Virus record (IMG/VR): IMGVR_UViG_3300034658_000035
Location: 1 to 44,148 of that record
DNA: 44,148 bases
Strand: one strand, 5' to 3'
DNA from: a virus
Lineage: Duplodnaviria > Caudoviricetes
Positions within the stretch are counted from its first letter, which is position 1, and every line of letters begins with the position of its first letter. The position numbers and the translations under genes are program-made. The notes under the pieces are model-generated. The model was not told the origin of the DNA. It saw nothing but the letters and a program-made list of their open reading frames with translations, and ran no database searches. Positions 33,992 to 42,067 of the stretch are shown piece by piece.

Positions 33992-34575
33992 GCGGCCACC
34001 TCGTCGAACTTGGTCGACTCGTTGCCCCATGTGTCCCAGCCCTCACGAGACTGGCGGGAGAAGAGTTCCAGGCGGCGGACATTGGGTACAAGCGACTCGG
34101 CGGCGGCAAACGCCTCATCCGGTTTGCGGGAATGCTCACGGGCCTCGGCCATGATGACTGAACGCACGTTCTTCGCGGTTTCGGGGTTGCCATTGGTGGC
34201 GATCAGGAACGGCTCATTGGCGCTGCGCAGGCGGTAGCCAGTGCCGAAAGCCAGCTTCCCGTTCTTGGTGGTCTTTACCCATGTGCCAGCGGTCACATAC
34301 CGGAACCCCCAAGCGTTGATCACGTCAATCGCTTGGGGTAGCATCGGGTTTGTTGCCCAGAGCCAGAGGACGCAATCGCCAGCGGCAAGCTCCCCGACCG
34401 GCATCGCCTTGATGGCCCCAAGGTCCATGCAGTCATACTTGGCTTGAGCCGCCTTTTCGTGCCCTTTGCTTGAGTAAGTCTCGAACTGCCACGGCGGGTC
34501 CGCCATGATCAGCCCGTAAGCAAACATGGGCAGCGACTCGAACATTGCCTGCGGTGTCTCTGTCCCCCGGTTCAT
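33988..34575 (-). CDS. MT-A70 family adenine methyltransferase
   Basis: IMADPPW, LWLWAT, WGFRY, GTGY, EHSRKP, LELFSR. Confidence 0.92.
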   Translation of the reverse strand: MNRGTETPQAMFESLPMFAYGLIMADPPWQFETYSSKGHEKAAQAKYDCMDLGAIKAMPVGELAAGDCVLWLWATNPMLPQAIDVINAWGFRYVTAGTWVKTTKNGKLAFGTGYRLRSANEPFLIATNGNPETAKNVRSVIMAEAREHSRKPDEAFAAAESLVPNVRRLELFSRQSREGWDTWGNESTKFDEVAA

Positions 34576-34576
34576 G

Positions 34577-34903
34577 TCAGTGGCCTGCCGTCTCGAGGGG
34601 CGGACACTTGACGGTGAGGTCTTTCAGGGCCTTCAGGGCTTGGGAGGTGTCGAGCTTGCGGAGAGGGCGGAAGCGAAGGCTGCTAAATTGATCGAATCTA
34701 GGGGAAGAAGGATGCCTAACCTCCACCAGACGAACCGCAGCAACGCCATCATTGTTCGGATAAGCGCCATTGTTGCCTGTAAGAACCTTAGAGATTGTAT
34801 ATACTCTTCCGGCCACTAGTGGGCACGGAATGCCAGCACCCAGCAGCCAGCCGCCCCGCCATTTGTCATCCACGCACACGACGCGCTCCCCCACCTCAAA
34901 CAT
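34577..34903 (-). CDS. Hypothetical phage protein
   Basis: MFEVGERVVCVDD...RFRPL motif; GGAGG RBS. Confidence 0.7.
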   Translation of the reverse strand: MFEVGERVVCVDDKWRGGWLLGAGIPCPLVAGRVYTISKVLTGNNGAYPNNDGVAAVRLVEVRHPSSPRFDQFSSLRFRPLRKLDTSQALKALKDLTVKCPPLETAGH

Positions 34904-35042
34904 GCGCCCCTCCCATGAACCGCAGGACGGCCCAGCAAAGGGCGCAAATTCCGATCCAGAGCGCCGCTGACAGAACAACGATCATGATCGAGCTGCGCAG
35001 CTGTTCAGAGGGGAAGGTGAAGCGGAGGAGGCCGATCAGCAT
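34896..35042 (-). CDS. 48-aa single-TM protein (not in ORF track)
   Basis: GGGGAG RBS; IMIVVLSAALWIGICALCWAVL. Confidence 0.5.
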   Translation of the reverse strand: MLIGLLRFTFPSEQLRSSIMIVVLSAALWIGICALCWAVLRFMGGAHV

Positions 35043-35209
35043 GGCGCTCTCCCCATAAGGGAAAACCCGTATTGACGGGCGGAATTGAGAGTGCGTGTCA
35101 GTCCGCGATTATTTCGCGTACCGGGGGAATGTTTCACTTGTGTGACGGGTAATCCTGCGCAAGGATTGAGTCCCGCATCGGGGGATGCACGCAATAATCG
35201 GGAGGATTT

Positions 35210-35455
35210 ATGCCGAAACTGCCGGAATATCTGGCTGAGTGCCCGGAGTATTCGTATAATGAAAACACGGGAATGTTTGATGCCATCGTGTACCGGACGC
35301 GACGAGATGGCGTCCGTGAGATTGTGACCCGATACTCGATCACGCCGAATGTTTTCATCGACAGTATGAACCAGCGGCAAAAGGCCATCGACCACTTCCA
35401 TAGGGTGACGAACCGGATCGCCGATATAGTCCCGATAAAGAAGGCTGGGAGCTAG
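35210..35455 (+). CDS. Hypothetical protein antisense to the cro operon
   Basis: Strong GGGAGGA RBS; converges on the cro stop. Confidence 0.65.
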   Translation: MPKLPEYLAECPEYSYNENTGMFDAIVYRTRRDGVREIVTRYSITPNVFIDSMNQRQKAIDHFHRVTNRIADIVPIKKAGS

Positions 35456-35457
35456 GG

Positions 35458-35667
35458 TCACGCTGCCTCTCCCAGTCCTAGGACGACGGCTGCCTTGACC
35501 TTCTTTTCAGTCGCCTGCTCAATGCGCTTCGCAATAGCGGGAGAGGGCACTGAGCCGTTCATGATATCGTGCAGATACCCTTTCGAGGTGCCCACTTTTT
35601 CGGCAAGCGCGGAAAGCGCCCCACGCCCTTCTTGTGCTATGTATTGCTTGAGTGTCATGATGGGCAT
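35458..35667 (-). CDS. cro: Cro-like HTH repressor
   Basis: LSALAEKVGTSKGYLHDIMNG...AKRIEQAT; divergent from cI. Confidence 0.85.
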   Translation of the reverse strand: MPIMTLKQYIAQEGRGALSALAEKVGTSKGYLHDIMNGSVPSPAIAKRIEQATEKKVKAAVVLGLGEAA

Positions 35668-35719
35668 GTTCGCATATAGCGAACCTGTTCGTCAATAGCG
35701 AAATTCGCTATTAGCGTGA
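35668..35719. promoter_or_regulatory. OR operators (three 17-bp sites) overlapping PR
   Basis: GTTCGCATATAGCGAAC (35668), GTTCGTCAATAGCGAAA (35687), ATTCGCTATTAGCGTGA (35703); TTGACG on the minus strand. Confidence 0.85.
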
Positions 35720-35752
35720 CGACTTTGGTGTGGGAGTGAGAGATTATGCCGT

Positions 35753-36076
35753 ATGCCTAAAGCAAGCGGACAATTTCTCTATGAGTGGCGCAGACACTCA
35801 GGACTCACGCAAGAACGTGTTGCCGAGGAAATTGACAAGACCAAGGGATATATATCTGAACTGGAACGGGGCGTTAAGCGCTACAACCAGGATATCCTTG
35901 AGGCATTGGCGAAACTCTATAAATGCACGCCCGCCGACCTGCTGTCTGTGAACCCGGAGCAGGATGATGACCGTGGAGCGGCAGAGGTCATCGGCATCTA
36001 CAAGCGCATTCCCAGCACTGCCGAGCGTGACGCTTGGATAGGCATGGGCCGAGCGATCACAAAAGATCAGGCATAA
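35753..36076 (+). CDS. cI: CI-like XRE repressor without peptidase domain
   Basis: WRRHSGLTQERVAEEIDKTKGYISELERG; 107 aa. Confidence 0.85.
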   Translation: MPKASGQFLYEWRRHSGLTQERVAEEIDKTKGYISELERGVKRYNQDILEALAKLYKCTPADLLSVNPEQDDDRGAAEVIGIYKRIPSTAERDAWIGMGRAITKDQA

Positions 36077-36080
36077 AAAA

Positions 36081-36131
36081 GTTCGTCATTAGCGAATTTT
36101 CTGCTGGACACTGAGTTCGCTATATGCGAAC
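36081..36131. promoter_or_regulatory. OL operators (two 17-bp sites) overlapping PL
   Basis: GTTCGTCATTAGCGAAT (36081) and GTTCGCTATATGCGAAC (36115; exact reverse complement of the 35668 site), with TGGACA between them. Confidence 0.85.
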
Positions 36132-36161
36132 CTCTTCCTCATCGAACAGAGGAAGACAGCC

Positions 36162-36476
36162 ATGCCGAACCACGCCCACGACACCCTTATGGCTCAGGCT
36201 CGGAGAGAGCCAAGCCAGCAAGAGCGGTTCAACGAGATCGCAGACGGTGAGCTTCGGATGGTCCTTGATGGGCTGTTCAGAAGCTACTCGAAGCGCGGGA
36301 AGCTTCATCGCCTCGCCCAGCATGTTGAACTCATGTTCGACGAGGATCTGGTCAGCGTCCCGATGGATGATCCGAAGTGCCAACTCACAACGGACGCCCG
36401 CGAAATCCAGAAACTCTACAAGCAGATCTTGGCGTACGCCGATCAATATTACAAGCTGAAAGGGGCCGCGGCATGA
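36162..36476 (+). CDS. Hypothetical early protein
   Basis: First gene after OL; GAGGA RBS. Confidence 0.7.
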   Translation: MPNHAHDTLMAQARREPSQQERFNEIADGELRMVLDGLFRSYSKRGKLHRLAQHVELMFDEDLVSVPMDDPKCQLTTDAREIQKLYKQILAYADQYYKLKGAAA

Positions 36477-36667
36477 GCAAGTTCATCATTCACACTGAGA
36501 ATGTCTGCCCGCCCATCCCGATCCGTAGCCTCGATTGGCAGGCTACGTTGGACGATTACGAGCCGGGCTGCCCAATTGGTACGGGCGCCTCCGAGAGAGC
36601 CGCAATCATAGATCTGATTGAGCAGATCGATTGCGAGGAACACTATCGGAAAGGGGAAGCGGCATGA
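36473..36667 (+). CDS. Hypothetical early protein
   Basis: ATGA coupling; PPIPIRSLDWQATLDDYEPG. Confidence 0.7.
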   Translation: MSKFIIHTENVCPPIPIRSLDWQATLDDYEPGCPIGTGASERAAIIDLIEQIDCEEHYRKGEAA

Positions 36668-36867
36668 GTCCGGAGCAACGAATTGAAGAACTTGAACAGG
36701 CGCTGTCCGAGATCGCGGAATTTGCGCACGACAACAGCGCGGGTCCGGCCTTTCCCGACGAGTTCTGGTCCATTCGTGACATGGCCTACGCCGCCCTCGA
36801 AACGCAAGACGAGCGGCGCGCGCGTGTCACACGGGAAATCTCTCTGGAAGTGGGGATCAATCAATGA
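36664..36867 (+). CDS. Hypothetical early protein
   Basis: ATGA coupling. Confidence 0.65.
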   Translation: MSPEQRIEELEQALSEIAEFAHDNSAGPAFPDEFWSIRDMAYAALETQDERRARVTREISLEVGINQ

Positions 36868-37166
36868 CCTTCCCCATCTCCCGCCACATATCCCGCCACC
36901 CCATGCTCTGCAAACTCCAGACACGGGCCATAGAGGGCGCCTTTGCCGCTGAGCGCCTTGAGGGCGTCAAGCAGGCCCACTTCGCAGAGTTGGCTGACTA
37001 CCAGGAGATCGAACGGATCTATTGGGAAGCTGGCCCGAACCTGAGAGCCGCTATCCACGAACACTGGGTGATGGCCAAAGCAATCGCAAGCAAGCGGTTC
37101 AGCGACTACGACGCCGCCCGCCAATGTGAGTGGGCCGCAATTGAGATCGAGAGGAAAGCGGCATGA
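36864..37166 (+). CDS. Hypothetical early protein
   Basis: ATGA coupling. Confidence 0.65.
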   Translation: MTFPISRHISRHPMLCKLQTRAIEGAFAAERLEGVKQAHFAELADYQEIERIYWEAGPNLRAAIHEHWVMAKAIASKRFSDYDAARQCEWAAIEIERKAA

Positions 37167-37330
37167 ATAGATCCGATGCTTTCTGGGCAAGCGGAACATT
37201 CGGCTTCCTCTATGCCACCCTCTTGGATGAGGCCGGGGCAAGCCTTTGGAAGCAGCTCATTCTGGGCGCCGTACTGTGGTGGTCCGTTTACACTCTACTT
37301 TATCCACGGAAGGACACCCCCAATGACTAA
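37163..37330 (+). CDS. Small membrane protein (55 aa, not in ORF track)
   Basis: MNRSDAFWASGTFGFLY...LILGAVLWWSVYTLLY; ATGA coupling. Confidence 0.55.
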   Translation: MNRSDAFWASGTFGFLYATLLDEAGASLWKQLILGAVLWWSVYTLLYPRKDTPND

Positions 37331-37625
37331 CCCAGAGAAGACAGACCTCGTGGAAAGACTGAGGGAATTGCTGGCTGAGTCCGAGCGGAATGGCTTCCAC
37401 AAGGAGAACATTCGATGGGAAGCAGTCACCGCCCTCCCCGCCCTACTGGAGGCAGTGGAGGCGCTGGAGATGTTTGCGAAGCTCAAGCCAGAATTTGCTG
37501 AGGACGATGGGGGCGTAGGGATCGTCTTGGCATTCAGGGACGAAGAGGGCGCGACATTTGGCGCCCCACTCTCAATGATCCGCAAGGCTCAAGCCGCCCT
37601 CGCTACCCTGAAAGGAGAAGGATGA
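37323..37625 (+). CDS. Hypothetical early protein
   Basis: MTNPEKTDLVERLR, a typical phage early-gene start. Confidence 0.65.
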   Translation: MTNPEKTDLVERLRELLAESERNGFHKENIRWEAVTALPALLEAVEALEMFAKLKPEFAEDDGGVGIVLAFRDEEGATFGAPLSMIRKAQAALATLKGEG

Positions 37626-37840
37626 TGGCCACCTCATTCTCCGAATACGAACACCTGAAAGCCCTGTGCCACAGCGACCCTGACTATTGCGCCGCACGGG
37701 AACGGTTCAGGGCTTCCGAGACAGGCTCTCGGGAAGAAGCAATCGCAAGCAACGACATGTGCAAGGCGGCCTCCAGGATTCATTTTCCTGACCTGTCTGC
37801 CCGTGTCCGGGAGAAAGTGAAAGGACTGAACGATGGCTGA
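37622..37840 (+). CDS. Hypothetical protein
   Basis: ATGA coupling; AGGAG RBS. Confidence 0.6.
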   Translation: MMATSFSEYEHLKALCHSDPDYCAARERFRASETGSREEAIASNDMCKAASRIHFPDLSARVREKVKGLNDG

Positions 37841-38021
37841 TGGTACCCTGTCTCTTGAAGACGCATTCCTGATCGAACGCGCCGAGTCCCATGCCCGCAT
37901 TCTCGGCCTCGAAGGTTCGGATGCGGACCGGTTCAAACGCGCCCTGCGATCCTATCATGCCGGGCGGATCAACACAAAGCAACTCATGGCAGCTATGGAG
38001 AAGACCGATGGCGATTGCTGA
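37833..38021 (+). CDS. Hypothetical protein
   Basis: Overlap-coupled. Confidence 0.55.
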   Translation: MADGTLSLEDAFLIERAESHARILGLEGSDADRFKRALRSYHAGRINTKQLMAAMEKTDGDC

Positions 38022-38727
38022 AGAACTGCGCAAGCCGTTCCACTCCGACCAGATCCATTGGCGGGTTGGGTCGACCACCAAGGACAAGCAGAAGGGCATG
38101 GCCCTCGCTTACATCGATGCCCGCGACGTGATGGATCGTCTGGACACAGTTTGCGGGCCGTCAGGCTGGCAGTCTCGCTACCGGGATGCCGGCAATGGCA
38201 AGACCTATTGCGAGATCGGAATCAAATTTGATGACGAATGGGTCTGGAAAGGTGATGGAGCTGGCGACACAGGCTTTGAGGGCGACAAGGGGGCCTTCTC
38301 CGATGCCTTCAAGCGCGCGGGTGTGCGCTGGGGTATTGGCCGCTATCTCTATGGCCTCGGCAATACCTGGGTTGCGCTGAAGGATGGAAAGTACATCCAG
38401 AACGGCGAATATGCCAAACTGAACAAGGCGCACAATGACCATGCAAAGGGGAACATGGGCGGAGAGTCCGCCTTCCCCGGTCAGTCCATGACGAATGTTC
38501 AGTTGCGGGCAGAAGTCGAGACCATCGAAAAGGAAATCGATGAAATCGACGGCATGATCGACTGGTCCGAATGGGGTGCCAGCAACAAGGATCGGATCGA
38601 ACGTTTGCCCGCTGAGTGCATTGCTCAAATCCGCACCAAGTTCAAGCAGAAGGGCGAGGATTTGAAAGCCAGCGTGGCCAATGCTGAAATGGATGACGAG
38701 TTCGCAGCAACGGTGGCGGCTCAATAA
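38008..38727 (+). CDS. sak: Rad52/Rad22-family (Sak-like) ssDNA annealing protein
   Basis: LRKPF...WRVG...LAYIDARDVMDRLD...KGAFSDAFKRAGVRWGIGRYLY. Confidence 0.9.
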   Translation: MAIAEELRKPFHSDQIHWRVGSTTKDKQKGMALAYIDARDVMDRLDTVCGPSGWQSRYRDAGNGKTYCEIGIKFDDEWVWKGDGAGDTGFEGDKGAFSDAFKRAGVRWGIGRYLYGLGNTWVALKDGKYIQNGEYAKLNKAHNDHAKGNMGGESAFPGQSMTNVQLRAEVETIEKEIDEIDGMIDWSEWGASNKDRIERLPAECIAQIRTKFKQKGEDLKASVANAEMDDEFAATVAAQ

Positions 38728-39188
38728 TGGCCACCACGATCTACCTCACCCGCACCCTTGGAGGCCAGCTGAAGCCTGCTGACGCAGAGTCGCAAGAGGC
38801 CCTCTACGAGATGCCTTTCGACCGCGCCATCAAGGCTGTGCTCAGTCTGCCCCGCAACTACAGGCGGCTCAAATGGTGGTGGAAGCTTTGCGAGATCATC
38901 TCCGAGAATGGAGAGCACTGGCCATCGAAAGATGCCGCGAGCGACATGCTCAAACTCAAGTGCGGCCTGTTTCGGATTGTCGTCGTGCCGGGCAAGGAGC
39001 CGGGCGAGTGGGTGCAGGCTTACCAGGCTGGCTCCATCGCCTTCGGGTCAATGGATGAGCCGGACTTCAAGGCGCTCTGCAACAAGGCCGTACAGATCGC
39101 AAGCGAAGTGCTTGCCTGCCAGAGCGATGATCTCTGGGAAGCCCTGAATGAATTTTTTACCGAACGCCAACCCGAGAGCGCGGCGTAA
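38727..39188 (+). CDS. DUF1367-like recombination-associated protein
   Basis: LKPAD...PRNYRRLK...SIAFGSMDEPDFKAL. Confidence 0.7.
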   Translation: MATTIYLTRTLGGQLKPADAESQEALYEMPFDRAIKAVLSLPRNYRRLKWWWKLCEIISENGEHWPSKDAASDMLKLKCGLFRIVVVPGKEPGEWVQAYQAGSIAFGSMDEPDFKALCNKAVQIASEVLACQSDDLWEALNEFFTERQPESAA

Positions 39189-39213
39189 CCCTTAACACGA
39201 AGGATGAAGTGGG

Positions 39214-39411
39214 ATGAAACCGGAAAAGCAAAATCTCATAGAGGAGCTGGACAAGCTGCCTTTTGGCGTGCGCGCTGACGGCAAGGAGGTCCCAGAACAC
39301 GAGCACTTTTTTGACTGCAGTCGCTGTGGCCGGAAAGTCGATATGCGCGACTTGGGCGACGTCTTTTACCACGAGGATTGCCCAACAAAGGACCCGACCA
39401 ATGAGCGTTGA
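39214..39411 (+). CDS. Small Zn-binding protein
   Basis: HFFDCSRCG...DMRDLGDVFYH. Confidence 0.6.
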   Translation: MKPEKQNLIEELDKLPFGVRADGKEVPEHEHFFDCSRCGRKVDMRDLGDVFYHEDCPTKDPTNER

Positions 39412-39724
39412 TAAAGTAGACTGGGAGCGCGTCTCCGCACTCTTCCATACGTGGAACATCAACACCGAGCATTGGGCCGTCGGTGCAGCTGATGAGCTTA
39501 TGAAGATGATCCCCGCCATAGAGTTAGAGCGGGAGGCTTTGGTGGCGGAGAATGAGCGGCTTCTGGACGGCATCAACGCGATTTGCGCCTGTCTGTACCG
39601 TGCAGAGGGGCTGGCTCCAAAGGATATGGCTGATCTGCGCATTGAGATCAAGGAAGCCATCCACCGCGCTAGAAGAGCCTACAAGTTCGGGGCAGCCCTC
39701 AAGGAGCAAAGCCATGACGGATAG
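39401..39724 (+). CDS. Hypothetical protein
   Basis: ATG at 39401; overlap-coupled. Confidence 0.55.
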   Translation: MSVDKVDWERVSALFHTWNINTEHWAVGAADELMKMIPAIELEREALVAENERLLDGINAICACLYRAEGLAPKDMADLRIEIKEAIHRARRAYKFGAALKEQSHDG

Positions 39725-40022
39725 GGTGGAAGAGATCGAAGGGCGTCATGAGGCAGATAGCGTGCTCCATGACGCCGGACTGAACATAGACCAACGCGGC
39801 GCACATAAAGATCGCGCCTTCCTCCTGTCCACCATCCGCGCCCTACAGGCAGAGGTGGGGGAGCTGAGGGGCCGATTGGACGCAACAAAATGCACCAACA
39901 ATTCACCCGGCAGGCTCACCGGTTTTCGCCAAGTCGAACACCCTTGCGAGGACTGCATTGATGATTGGTGTCAAATGAACTGCGGGCCCGCAACCCCAAG
40001 TCTGGAGAAAGACAATGATTAG
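39714..40022 (+). CDS. Hypothetical protein
   Basis: AAGGAG RBS; Cys-rich C-terminus. Confidence 0.6.
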   Translation: MTDRVEEIEGRHEADSVLHDAGLNIDQRGAHKDRAFLLSTIRALQAEVGELRGRLDATKCTNNSPGRLTGFRQVEHPCEDCIDDWCQMNCGPATPSLEKDND

Positions 40023-40257
40023 CACCCTTACAACTTGGATGCCGTGGCTCCTGTCAGCCATCACGATCTACATGACCGTGCTCGCTGGCAACAAGACGAA
40101 GTGGGCGTGGGCTGTAGGTCTGGTCAATCAAGCGCTTTGGCTCGTGTGGATATTGGCCTCCCAGAATTGGGGCCTTCTTCCCATGAATGCCGCCCTTTGG
40201 ATTGTTTATACGCGGAACCACCTAAAGTGGACCAAGGCCCAGTCTCATGACCTATAG
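40015..40257 (+). CDS. 3-TM PnuC/SemiSWEET-like small membrane protein
   Basis: LAGNKTKWAWAVGLVNQALWLVW...NWGLL. Confidence 0.6.
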   Translation: MISTLTTWMPWLLSAITIYMTVLAGNKTKWAWAVGLVNQALWLVWILASQNWGLLPMNAALWIVYTRNHLKWTKAQSHDL

Positions 40258-40594
40258 TGCCCTCATAGAGAGATTAGAGAAAGAAGGCGGGTCAAGGGAG
40301 CTGGATGCTGCAATCTGGTACGCCGTTGTCGAAAAGCCTCGGCCTGGGGACAAGATCGACAAGGACATGGCCCGCAATCGGTGGCCTCATTATACCACAT
40401 TATTTGACGATATTGTAGATCTGATTACGCGGAAGCTGAACGACCCCGGACTATCGCTGGAGCGAATTGTCCAGTGGGACGGCTGGACTGCCACCATCAA
40501 TGTGATCGACGCGAGAGCCGTCACGGGGAAGGCCAAGGCCCCAGCAGCCGCCCTCTCCGCGGCTTTTCTCCGGGCTCTGGAGGACGGGAAGTGA
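40247..40594 (+). CDS. Hypothetical phage protein
   Basis: LIERLEK...SRELDAAI...PHYTT...PAAALSAAFLRAL pattern. Confidence 0.7.
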   Translation: MTYSALIERLEKEGGSRELDAAIWYAVVEKPRPGDKIDKDMARNRWPHYTTLFDDIVDLITRKLNDPGLSLERIVQWDGWTATINVIDARAVTGKAKAPAAALSAAFLRALEDGK

Positions 40595-40819
40595 GCAGAC
40601 AGACAACCATTACTGCGGATCAGCTTGCCTTGATCGCTGAAGCCCTCAGCGCGTGGCAGGCTACATGGCTGGCGAGAAACCCAGACCTGTCGCACATGAA
40701 CGAAGAGGAGTTCTTCCGGGCACGCAGGCAAGCGTATGAGAAGGGCTTACCCGCGCTAGATCTTCTCACCGAGTTGCATTCTCTATGCTTCAGGATTTCG
40801 GAGGACGGGAAGTGAGCAG
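40579..40819 (+). repeat. 20-bp direct repeat GGAGGACGGGAAGTGAGCAG flanking one gene
   Basis: Copies at 40579-40598 and 40800-40819. Confidence 0.9.
40591..40815 (+). CDS. Hypothetical protein (repeat-bounded cassette)
   Basis: GTG start within GTGA overlap, after GGAGG. Confidence 0.6.
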   Translation: MSRQTTITADQLALIAEALSAWQATWLARNPDLSHMNEEEFFRARRQAYEKGLPALDLLTELHSLCFRISEDGK

Positions 40820-41186
40820 GCCGCTGACCCGTGACGAGTTCGAGACCCAGGTTGGGTTTCCATGGCGGTCCCTGCGGCCTGTCGTGCTTCGTCATGGGTT
40901 GGGGATGCGGCTTAACAATCGGTGGAGATTTTCCCCTGATGATGTCAAAGCGGCGCAAGCGATACTGAGGAATGAACCATGCCACTCTATCTCGATAGAC
41001 GGCCCAACGGAATCTACCGGATCCGGGGAACTCACCACGGGGTCACCGTTGACAAGAGCGCTAGAACTCGCTCGGCAGAGCAAGCAGAGGCGATCCGGGA
41101 GAAGTGGGAAAGAGAGATCTTCGACCGCCACGTCCTCGGCAAAAGGCCCGCGCCGACCTTTGCAGAACTTGCAGAAGATTACATGA
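40812..41186 (+). CDS. Probable excisionase
   Basis: Basic wHTH-like N-terminus (GMRLNNRWRFSPDDV) immediately upstream of int; the frame runs on into int. Confidence 0.55.
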   Translation: MSRPLTRDEFETQVGFPWRSLRPVVLRHGLGMRLNNRWRFSPDDVKAAQAILRNEPCHSISIDGPTESTGSGELTTGSPLTRALELARQSKQRRSGRSGKERSSTATSSAKGPRRPLQNLQKIT

Positions 41187-42064
41187 GGGCGGGCCGGGAT
41201 ATGGGACCGAAGGCGGAGGAAATCCTTCTGGCCATCGGCATGAAGCGCTCCGACGAGGTGACGCCAGCCGATTGCGACCGCCTCGCTGTGGCGATCTATC
41301 CTGATGCCAAGCCGTCCACGATCAATCGAAATATCATTGCGCCCATCTCGGCCCTGATGAATTGGGCCGCTGCGGATGACCGCGCCCCAATGCGCAAATG
41401 GCCCCGGCGCCGTGAGCGGCAGAGCAAGACGGACTGGCGCAGGCCATCAGAGATCGAAGCGATACTTGCCGAACTGAACAGCCCGCAGGCTCGCGGCTTG
41501 ATGGCAGCTTATGTGGGGTGCGGTTTGCGCGCCTCAGAGGGCGTGTTCCTTGATGGCCGCGACATTGCGCCAGACCTGTCCCAGATTACCGTGCAGGGCA
41601 CGGCGTGGGACGATGACAAGGGAGCGGAGGAAAAGGGCTATGAGGGCACCAAGGGCTTCTACAGCCGCACTGTCAGCATCCCGCCACGGGCGCGGGAGTT
41701 CATCGCGCCAGTCGTGAGCCTGTCGCCCGGACGCGCTCTGGTCAATTCCAGGGGCTACCCGTGGGCCGACCGTCACGCCCTGCGGAACTCGCTAGCGCGG
41801 GCCTGCCAGCGCCTCGGCGTTCCCGTCCTGACCCCGCACACCCTGCGCCACACATGGGCCACTTGGCACTATGCCGTTCACAAGGATCCAATGACGCTGA
41901 TGGTGGAAGGCGGCTGGACGAAAATGGACCTCGTGCAGCGTTACGCGCACCTTTCTGACCCGTCCCTGAAAGGGGAGGTTTTGGAGGCCAGATGGGCAAT
42001 TGACGGGCAGTCTACCCCGGACAACTCTAGAAAATGGAATGGAAACAATGAACAGGCAGCATAA
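40979..42064 (+). CDS. int: Tyrosine recombinase / integrase
   Basis: GLRASE (R), TKG (K), HTLRHTWA (HxxR), GGW, VQRYAH (Y). Confidence 0.93.
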   Translation: MPLYLDRRPNGIYRIRGTHHGVTVDKSARTRSAEQAEAIREKWEREIFDRHVLGKRPAPTFAELAEDYMRAGRDMGPKAEEILLAIGMKRSDEVTPADCDRLAVAIYPDAKPSTINRNIIAPISALMNWAAADDRAPMRKWPRRRERQSKTDWRRPSEIEAILAELNSPQARGLMAAYVGCGLRASEGVFLDGRDIAPDLSQITVQGTAWDDDKGAEEKGYEGTKGFYSRTVSIPPRAREFIAPVVSLSPGRALVNSRGYPWADRHALRNSLARACQRLGVPVLTPHTLRHTWATWHYAVHKDPMTLMVEGGWTKMDLVQRYAHLSDPSLKGEVLEARWAIDGQSTPDNSRKWNGNNEQAA

Positions 42065-42067
42065 GGA

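Noticed and set aside
35036-35461. 141-aa minus-strand ORF after cro as a cII candidate
   Set aside because: No HTH or recognisable pattern, and the opposite-strand ORF 35210-35455 has a much better RBS and composition. It does begin at a GTGA overlap with the cro stop, so it is not fully excluded.
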